A stretch of 62,172 bases of DNA, filler included, from Bipalium vagum (Eukaryota): assembly GCA_037834085.1 (NCBI GenBank). It is 3 parts of 3 records of this genome, joined end to end, with 100 filler letters (N's around TTAATTAATTAA, not from the genome) between each part and the next. Parts side by side here need not be neighbours in the genome. Positions count along the whole stretch, not along the records: positions 39,902 to 62,172 come from JBBMKC010224226.1; 2 more parts are not named here. One strand, 5' to 3'. Shown here piece after piece: positions 52,388 to 62,172 of the stretch (positions are counted from its first letter, which is position 1; each line of letters begins with the position of its first letter). The notes below the pieces were generated by a model that was not told the origin of the DNA, searched no databases, and worked only from the letters and a program-made list of their open reading frames with translations. The position numbers and the translations under genes are program-made.

Positions 52388-52554
52388 AGAAAATCCAGTA
52401 ACTAACTTTACAGTTTGAAAGATCTTAATGTCTAGAAGTATGAATGTATGAAAAATAGAACTAGACATAAAAACTAGCAGCATCCATTAATGTTTCACAA
52501 AATATCTGCTCTCAGTTTTTCTCGTAATTTCCTCTTACAAAGTGAGATTTCTAA

Positions 52555-52603
<49 letters not shown>
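52555..52603. repeat. (TAT)n microsatellite
   Basis: Direct tandem run; explains the poly-Tyr ORF. Confidence 0.95.
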
Positions 52604-52607
<4 letters not shown>

Positions 52608-53435
52608 AGAGGCTACGACTTCCATCAAATTAAAATTAAATTTTCAGAATTAACTCCAAGGAAACGTATCTTTTTGGAAACGTTCCTTCATTGCATCCAA
52701 CAATTATGGCTTGTTCTGGCTGAAATACTCAACATTTTCGTCTGCAGAATCTAAAATGAGTCGATTACTGGTGCATTTATGCGTAAAATAAATCTGAAAA
52801 GAAAATCCAATAATAGCTCGTTTTTTGTTATTTATCTTTTCAAAACTGTCTTTATCATTATATTATATTTTTCCTGTAATAGAATAAAAGATTTTCCTTT
52901 TAATAAAAAACAATTCGAAAAGAGTATTATTAGAATTGAGAGATGATTTTTATGAATTTCATGAATTTTCATTTAATATTTTCAGAAAATTAACCATTTT
53001 TTTTGAAATTCACATGAAATAAAAAAGTGAAAGAATTAATAAAAAATTTTGGCTCTCAGTGAAAATTCACTCTGTCAAGGTCACGAGAAAAAATTCACGA
53101 ATAAAAACAAATAATTCTATAGATTGTAGATCTCTTTAGAAAGAAATAGAGTATGGTTTCATATACATAATAGAATTATGATAAAAAAAGATCATTATAA
53201 TAATTGGCCAGCAGATTATACTAAATTAAAATTCAAGCGATTCCATAATTTGATAATTTATGAATTAATTAATGGAGTTGATCAAGCAGTAACAATATAT
53301 GGCGCAACGCGTATTTAGAAAACATCTAAAATTCAGAGATGTTAAAGCTTGAATTTGAACATTAATAAATTCATTACCGAATATAAAGTGTTATTAAAAG
53401 AAAATTTTGTTAAGAAATATTTTATTTGTGGTATT

Positions 53436-53437
<2 letters not shown>

Positions 53438-53476
<39 letters not shown>

Positions 53477-53490
53477 TAATAATAATAATA
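53438..53490. repeat. (AAT)n microsatellite
   Basis: Direct tandem run; explains the poly-Ile/Asn ORFs. Confidence 0.95.
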
Positions 53491-54322
53491 TCAATACTAC
53501 TAATAATATCAATATTAATATTGTATTAATTATTATCATAAATATCAAAACTAATAATAATATTTATAACAATAAATTGAACAGGAACAATTCGTTTAAG
53601 ATTTAGAAAATCAAAAATTTATGAGAAGAAATTGTATTTATGATTGCAGAAATTTGTCTGCTGACTTCATTTTGTCCATAAAGATAAATAGTGATTTTAG
53701 GGTTATATTATTGTATTCATACAACAATGTGAATTTATTATAGCTCTGAAAGATGAAAAAGAAATTTCAATTAAAGAGAATTAAAATTTTGAAAGCCATC
53801 AAAGAATATTTTTAAATGTTTTGGATTGATGATAGAACTGAATATATTCTGATCAGAAAATAATTTTAAAATTAAATTCAACTCCAATAATTATGGTACG
53901 TAACATAATTATTAAAAAAAATATAAAATTTATTTATTTTATTTAATTATTTTTTTAATTTAAAATTCCAAGATTATAACTGAATTCCTCAAAAACTAAT
54001 CGAAAATCGAAAATCAAGAATAATTTATAGAAATAAATTGGGAAAAATCAGCCAAGAAATATAATAAAATCTAAAGAAATATTTACTGATATAAATCCCT
54101 CAGAGGTTTAATCTAATTTAAGTTACAAAATCTGAAAACTCTACTTCATCAAAAAATTTGGAACCCAGCCTCTTTTGTTCAATCTGTGTTTTAATGTCAA
54201 AAAATGAAGGAATTTATTTATTACTTAAGATTTCGTATATTACTGAAATTAATAATTTAAACAATAAAACTAATGAATATGTAGTCAAATATAATTTTTT
54301 TGATTTTCACTGTTGAGTTATA

Positions 54323-55052
54323 TTTGTGTACGAAATAAGTATCCGATTTTGGAGCTCAGAAGCATCTGTGTATCATAATTATATAATATATTCAATTTAC
54401 ATTTTTCTAGAAATAGAATTTTCAAAACTTAATGTAAGTGTTTAATTTTTTTAATGAGTCGATGTTGTCAAATTTAATGGAAGTTAATTCAAATTTGAAT
54501 TATGTTCTTCATTAAAGAAAGAGTGCAAATATTTTTACTGATAGCTCAGACGTCATTTAGAAAACTTGAAATGGAAAAAATAACTACAGTGTGGACAATG
54601 AGCAAGATATTTGCAAAAGTCAGGGACTGGGAGTGTTTATGATCTTTGGAACTCTAGAAAACCGCCAACTGAAGATGAAAAAATATGCGAAATAAGTCGG
54701 GTTTTTAAAGAACTGCTGCTAAGGAAGTTGGATGCAGTTTTAAAGCTCTACACAATGGGGTTCGAAAAGATTTTCAATTTTAACAGTACAAGATCTTAAT
54801 TATCTATAAGTTAGAAGTCTAAGACTATACTGAGAGAAATTGTAATGTGCGAAAGCCTAATTAATGAAATCGACAATAATCCATCTTTTCTTCAAAACCT
54901 GATCTTCGCTGATGAAGCAACCTTTTCCTTAAATAGATAGGCAGCTAGAATATCACCAGAAATCTTACTGTCAACAATTTGCAGTGTTATGTTGAATATA
55001 TTTTATGGTATTACATTTTAAAATCGGATACTTACATTATACACACCCTGTA
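54323..55052 (+). mobile_element. Internally deleted Tc1/mariner-superfamily element (DUF4817-type transposase)
   Basis: TIR pair tgtgtacgaaataagtatccgatttt / aaaatcggatacttacattatacacaccctgta. Pieces TGSVYDL and FLQNLIFADEATFSLN. Confidence 0.75.
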
Positions 55053-57591
55053 TTGATCCATGAGTCATTTAATTGATCTCAAAATTATTATTGTCCACGT
55101 TTATTGGATCTCAAATTAAATCGGGTGTATTTACTAAATTAATAATATCTTAATGTGTCTTCAACAGAATTGTAAGCGCCCGAAATTAGCTTAAAATCAC
55201 CATACGTCGTCGGTGATATTAAATATAAATAAATAAATTCTAGGCTAAATAAAGTTTACCATAGACCATGTTTATTTCAACCAATACTTTTATTACCAAA
55301 TTAAACCAAATAATCAGTAGACCTTAACCTGTTACCTGTTGGATATAGCCTATTCATAGAATTACAATTATCTGAGATCTTCAGGACCACGTTTGAGTTT
55401 GATTATCAGCTGCCAGCTCAGGTTAATTGCAAATATATATGTAAGAATACCTCTTGGCTAACTTTTCAAGTGTGTTTAGAATAACTTATAATTTGGTAGT
55501 CTAATTAATTACTAGTCATTTTTATTATACTTATTCAGATTAGCGATAGATAAAGCTTTCCTTTCTTTTGCAAAAGCATAAATCAGTAACCTTTGGAAGT
55601 TTAGCATTAGAAAATCCATAATAAATATAAATAATATTTAAATATAATTTCATTTTTTTGTTTAAGAAAAAATTAGTTTCTTTCCTTTTTAATACTTCAA
55701 TAGTTGCAACCAGATCTTTTTTTTCAATACAACGCGAGTAATATCAAATAATTTATAAAATAATCATGGAGTTCACTAACAATTCCTTAATACCATTAAA
55801 ACAATTATTTCTACGTGTTAATTATAAAAAATAAATAAAAATGAGAAATTCTATTGTGTACTTTCTTCAGTATCTCCAATATTTCTCCCTTCAAAACAAT
55901 TTCGAATTACTAAAATTCAGATATATCTTTATTTTGGTTAGGATAAGAGTATTTCTTATGGGAGTGTTTTTTGTGAGGTTCTATCTGATATCTTTCAATT
56001 CGTTATAATGAGCAGCTTTATTTAACCGGGACATGATTGTCTTTATTATATCTTCAGATATTATTGAATACTCTTTCTTTCCTTACTCATCCACTCATTC
56101 CGACTCAGGAAGAGAGAGCAGCAACAAAATCGGCTAATATTGAAGTCACCCAGAGACTCATTGCTCAATCCGGCGCACCCAAATAAGGACAATGCAATCA
56201 GCTGACCCTGTATATCACCCTAGCGGTGATTAAGAAAGAATGCTCTTTTTGGGACCCATTTCAGTTCTTTAGAGCATAATTTAGGTTCTATGCAATCAAA
56301 TCACCAACAGATGTCATGATATCTTGAAGGAATTTTATCAAGCTGAATTTTTTTTAATTCATGAATAGGAAGCCTTGCCATATCCGATCTTCTGGTTCAG
56401 ATATTACATGAAATCATATCATAATCATTCAATATAACCTATATAACTTATGTCTATTAGTCTATATAAATGGAGGATAAATATATATTTATAATTTGTA
56501 TTTAAAAATTATATTGTATATTAAAATTATATATATTATATTATATATTGAAAAAATATATTTTTATTAAATATAATAAAATTAGTATATAATTACAATT
56601 TTTTATTAATTATTATTAGCAGATATTATTATAATATTATATTATTTATTATTAATAATTAGATTTTTCTTATATTTTTATTGACTACGTTGAGAATTTT
56701 GATACAATTAATCACTACAAATATTTATTATTAATCTCTGCATTTATATAAAAGTCTTTAATCTCTATATTTATTTATTTTTTATTTATATTTATTTTTC
56801 CTAATTATTTAATCTTAATTCTTTCTATTCAAATTACAGATATTTTTAAAACAAATACGAGTATTAAATATTTTTTTAACAGTTAAAAAATATTTTATTT
56901 AATTTATAACAATCAATATTCATAAAATCAAATCAAATTTTTATCCAGATTAATTTGTTTAAATGTTCAAAAACGTAAAAGGACAAAATATAAAAGTTGC
57001 TTTGTCAAAATTACAGTAATTCATAATTTAATCTATAATATTAATTTTAATTTGATTAATTGTATAAAATATGTTTTTAAAACTATGTCAATTGATTTTC
57101 AATATGATCTTAATATTTAAAATACATTTAGAAAAATAAATAATAAAGCAGCATTTAATTTCATCATCATTTTATTGTTTTAAATAATTTAAAACAAAGA
57201 AATTAAAGATATTTTTCTAAATATAGTGTTAAAGATTTCCTTTAACATTTTTAAAAAACAATTAGAATAAAAAAATCATTTTAGAGGATTTGTTTTAATT
57301 AATTTAAATCAAAAAAACGAAAATATAAGACAATTAACATTGAGCAGAAATATTTTTATTGTTTGTGTATCTTACTTAGAAATATAAATAAAATTTTATA
57401 AAATAAAATAAAATATTTTTATATCAATTGTTCTACATATTATATACATATATAGCGTGTTAACTATCATTTTATAGCCAAAATGAACAGACTCTAAGTC
57501 CAATTATATTTTAATGTGAATATAAGTTTTGCTTTTTAATAATTCTCAAAGTATAACATTAATTGTTTAAATCATAAGAACATTTTAACTA

Positions 57592-58789
57592 TTAGATTGT
57601 AATATAATTTTTCGTGATTTTGAATAATATATAAATTTATAAGTAATAAAAAATTTTCTATAATTAATAATGAAAAATCAACTGATTATGTAATTTCCGT
57701 TATTAGTTCTGTTTGTCGAAACCTTTATTCCAGAAATAGCTAGATCTAAAAAGATGAGATTAGTCATGAACTATTTAATTTCCCACTCCTTCTTAAAAGT
57801 AATAACCTAAAATTGGTTAGACACCGATTGGAAAGGATAGAAATCTGTTGGCAAAGGTCAGGGAATTCGGAAGATGTTGAAGAACCTCCAATTGAGCTCT
57901 TTGTTGGTGTCTTTTTGAGATATTTTCATGTTATCATGTAGAAGAATAACTTTGGCTTGTTTTCACTATCATTTTCATTTCATAATGTCTTTTAGTAGAC
58001 GCAATTTGAAAAATGTAAAGGTGCTTGTCCACTCTCGGATTTTTCTAAATCATTTCCCAGTGTATGAAACCAGCCCAATACCACCAAACAGAGATAATTT
58101 TGATGTGATTCAAACCTTATTTAACTCTTGGCATTTTTGTGCAAGCATTCGCCAACCATTTTTCCTGTGTTTCAAGTTTATAAACAAACATCATTTCTCA
58201 TCTGCCGTGATGACTCGATGAAGAAACAGTTCCTTGTGATTGCGTGTCTAGCAAGATTTTGAGCGACTTGTATTTATTTTTTCTTTTATCCAATAGGACA
58301 CAAACACCCAGATTTTAACTTTACCCATTTGATTTTAGGTAACAGAAGAATTTCATTGGATTACTGCTCATTCTCTTAGATAAATCTCTGCATGTTTCAA
58401 GAGTGTGAGCAATTGGTCATCATCAAAATTGGTCCGGTATCTTGATTGTCTTGAAGGTTGAATGTGGCATTTCCGCATTTTTAATACTACTATTTTGCAA
58501 TAATCCAGACCAAAACAGATTTTCTGTATACTTTAAAAATTTCCTGGAGTGCTTCTGCAACTTTATGACCTAAGTTAAAACAAAATGGCAATAGGTGGTT
58601 TTATTAAATTTGGCACTGTATTTGAAAGCTGTCAATTTAAATAAAATGACATTACATACAAAAACTTAACTGCACCTTTGTAGAGCAAAAAAATATCTTT
58701 CAAATAAATGAGCTTGGTAGTATATAAATGTGATACGGTAAAACAAAACCATAAAATAATAAATCACGAAAAATTTTGTTACAACCAAA
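57592..58789 (-). mobile_element. Full-span degenerate mariner element
   Basis: TIRs ttagattgtaatataatttttcgtgattt / aaatcacgaaaaattttgttacaaccaa. Minus-strand pieces FLHRVITADEK, LHDNMK, STSSEFPDL.PTDFY.F. Confidence 0.85.
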
Positions 58790-60249
58790 TGTAAGACATT
58801 AAATTTTACATTTTTTTATTTGAAATTGTTTTCTATGTTTTTCAGTTTTTTCTCTTCTTAAAATATTATTAATGTGATCATTAGTAGTTAAATTAAATAT
58901 TAAAAAATTATTTACATTTATCTCAGAATTTTCTTTCATGTATACCTTCAAATATTCACAAGATATCAAACAACATAAATGAAAAACGTTTTTTCATCTA
59001 TTTTCTCAATAATTTATATTTTATATTAAATATTAATTTATTCTGAATACGTTTTTAGAGATTTTAATTCAAAAATTATCATTTAAAACAAACATCATTA
59101 TAATTCTATGAAGAAATTATTATAATTTAACATTAGAATTTTTAATTGATATTTAATATTTATTACAATCTCTAGCAATGTTGGGGACAATTTGATGAAT
59201 ATTATTTTGAATAATAATTTTTAATATTTATATTAAAATAGAACATTTTAGATGTATCAATCTAATATTATTGTTGATGACAATAAAAACAATACTTAGA
59301 GCAAAATTAAAACAAAAAATTGAAGTATCTGATTAGTTAATGAAAAAAATAATTAAAGCCACTTTTTCTTAATGATTACTTAAAGAACAGAAATTATGGG
59401 TGGATTTCTGTAACTTTTGACAGATTTTGAAGCATTTGAATTTGATTGCATTAAAACAAAATATGAAGATTGCTTTAAAAGATTTTTTAAAAATTAAAAA
59501 AAATCTTTAAAATAATTAATTTGCTGAGGCCATGTTAATTCAAACAATCATCTGTGGCTTGCTTTTTTTCTGATGCATTCAGTTATTTCACCAGTCACTC
59601 TGACGAAAATATCCCTGGGACCGGACTGAGTAACAAAGTGAGAGTACTTTAATTAGAGGAAGTTCCATTTCTGCTTCCATTTAATTTCAGCCTAAATAGT
59701 TTAGTAAACTTTTAATTAATATCACTTAATATTATTAATAATATAATATTTTAATTATATCCACTTATTGTCTATTACAATTATCGAGTCCAATAATTTA
59801 AGTACTGCAGGATAACAGGATACACTTAATTTCCTAAAAGTTTATAAAGTAATGATATTTAATAATGTAATATAAACATATAATGATCAAAAGTAATTAT
59901 TCGTTTTTTCTTATTTACAATTTATTTTTTCTGACCTTTTCTTATCATATTATTGAGATTTTGAATTTGTTTAACTATTTTAAAAATAAGATCTAAAATA
60001 CTTAATATTATTTTTATATTATATTATTATTATTATTATTATTAACTTTAAATTATGTACTTAGTTAATATTTATTAAATATAAAAGCTGTTAATTATAA
60101 CCGATATTTTCTAAATTAAATTATACTAAACCGGTCATAATAAAATAGTAATAAATTATTATTTATTTTAAATTTTGTTGATGCATAAATATTTTGGTGT
60201 GCTACATATAATTCCACTAAGTGTAAAATTAATAAATATTATACAATTT

Positions 60250-61190
60250 TTAAGGTATCAAACAATAGATAGACATATCAATTATTTGTATTTGTTCGAG
60301 TGCATGAGTTCATAAAGTTTTGTATCAATATAACAAAGATTGTCGTAAGACTTGGATTCACAGTCACCAACCTTTCCTTCCACGAGTTATAGCTTGTAAT
60401 GACAAATGATCCCTTTATATTATCTGTAACTATAAGTCAGAATGCCTCATAAAAGCAGAAAACCAGATCTTCATCTCCGAAAAACAATTTTTAGTGTTTA
60501 TTGTGACCAAAAAGGACTTATTGTGAATTGTTTCAGAGACATCAAAAACTCTGAAATACATTTCCAATAAATGCTTCAGTTAGAAGAATTTGTGACAAAC
60601 AAGCTGAAAATTTACATGAAGTGATTTTGCAATAGAACAAAAATTAGCCATTGGTAAATTCAGTTTGGAGCTTCTCTCTCTTGTCTGACAGCGGCAGCAG
60701 AAATCATCAAAATCACATCTTCTGATCTCTAGCGAATTGTATGTCTCACTTTTCAAGTGGTCAGATTATCAATGAAGAAAGGTATTGTGCTCAGCTAGAA
60801 AGATTGAAGAAAAGACTACAATTATTGAACAGAAATAATTTGGTTTTTCACAAGAACAAGGCTATTTTGGCATACCCATACTATTTTGGCAACTGGTATG
60901 AAAAGTAATGCAGCATCCATCGTACTCTTTGATTTCCATCTATTCCGATTGCTTCAAACTAATTTCTAAAAACAACATCTTCATTCTATTGAAAATGTTA
61001 AGGAGTGTTTAAACAATTTTTTTGAAGAAAAACCCCAAAGATTTTATGAAGTTTGCACAATTAGATCACTACAATATGGAACCAGTTAATCGAAAACAAT
61101 GATCAATATTTTATGAATAAAATACGATTTATATATTGTAACTTTATCTTTAAATGTTGTGAAAATAATGTAGAACTTATTCTTGAACTC
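60250..61190 (+). mobile_element. Degenerate mariner remnant interrupted by a ~200-bp insertion (~60540-60755)
   Basis: DQKG..CEL.. continues after the insertion as GQIINEERYCAQLERLK, VFHKNK, QHPSYS, DFHLFR. Confidence 0.75.
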
Positions 61191-62107
61191 ATTTTATTAA
61201 AATTAAATTATAAAACCATTTCCAATTTTTATTTTCATTTTTTTCTTTCTTCTTTGATTATTGATAAATTTCTTCGCTTTTCTTTTCCTGTTTCTTTAGA
61301 TGGCAAATCAGATTCTATAAGGATATTTATAAAAGGTACTACAAGGATACTTGTTAACGGTACTTTCAACCATATAAGATCCTTCATAGATTTGGTCCCA
61401 TTAAACTATCAAATGCTCAGGTCATTAGGATTTAAAATAATAGAAATTAATTCAATTGTGGAAAAATGTTCAGTCAGGATGATCATCAACACCCCTAATA
61501 TCGGGAAAAAAGAGCCGAGACAAACATTTTTTAAAAAAACTTCCCCAAGTCAATGACAATCCTATCTTTGATTTGAAATTTCTGTTTTTTTCACTTACGT
61601 AAGTGACGTTTGAAGTGTCCAAACCTGGTCCATGTCTGACAATTTCGAAACCAACAATTCGAAAATATAAATGACCATAAAGAAAATCATCATTAACCCT
61701 TTCGTTGATTTCCGCTTTCAGAAAGTAATGTCATATTGTATGTTAAAATATTAAAATTAATCCAATAAAAATAATTAACAATTTATTATTAATTTATTTA
61801 TTTTGACATAAAATAAATAGAGCAAATAACTTTTTCAATTATTTAGCGAATTAATTTTGATTATTGTTTAATCTGTAATTTTATAAATGCATTTGAAAAA
61901 AAAATAAAATCCTGTGTAATTAAATAATTATTATTTTATGCAATTAAGTCTCTCTAATCAAAAAAAGAACAGGATAACTCTAAAAAATCAAAATAACTAA
62001 ATAATACCAAAATGATTTTAATTAATTTACTTTGTATTTTTAAAAGCATTTCATTTTAATGAATTGTTAATAATGTAATTAAGAATTGTTTTTTTTCAGG
62101 AAAGATT

Positions 62108-62111
62108 AATA

Positions 62112-62172
<61 letters not shown>
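62108..62172. repeat. (AAT)n microsatellite running off the window end
   Basis: Direct tandem run. Confidence 0.95.

Noticed and set aside
52542-52754. Poly-Tyr ORF
   Set aside because: Produced by a (TAT)n microsatellite.
53342-53606. Poly-Ile/Asn ORFs on both strands
   Set aside because: Produced by an (AAT)n microsatellite and low-complexity flank.
61113-61700. 147-aa plus-strand ORF; faint P-element-like DIRGVDDHP on the minus strand
   Set aside because: The ORF starts inside a mariner end and has no recognisable domain; the minus-strand similarity is too short to support a call.
1-62172. CRISPR arrays, rRNA genes, operon-like prokaryotic systems
   Set aside because: No regularly spaced repeat-spacer array, rRNA-like sequence or dense intronless gene cluster was seen; the DNA is spliceosomal-intron-containing eukaryotic sequence.

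Overview
Very AT-rich eukaryotic (invertebrate-type metazoan) genomic DNA, not prokaryotic; the species cannot be determined from sequence alone. Two artificial 100-bp linkers (N44-TTAATTAATTAA-N44, at 19500-19599 and 39802-39901) split the window into three segments whose adjacency is unproven. Two intact spliced host genes were reconstructed by hand: an FMR1/FXR-family RNA-binding protein (+ strand, 7 exons, 4001-11737, about 601 aa) and casein kinase I gamma (- strand, 9 exons, 34127-21427, about 386 aa). Most other recognisable sequence is decayed mobile DNA: many mariner, Tc1 and maT-like elements (several with visible TIRs and TA duplications, one nested), hAT, pogo, Merlin and Ty3/gypsy fragments, and two copies of a tRNA-Ala-derived SINE-like repeat. 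There are also relics of Polinton/Maverick (adintovirus-like) endogenous viruses: a protein-primed PolB with unusual Cys-rich insertions, an adenain-like protease, a virion-protein-like helix, and a separate integrase fragment. The third segment has no recognisable host gene. I found no convincing intact novel system. The best leads are the Polinton relic, the CK1gamma tail apparently lacking palmitoylation cysteines, and the SINE-like family. All family assignments come from motif recognition by eye; no database searches were run.
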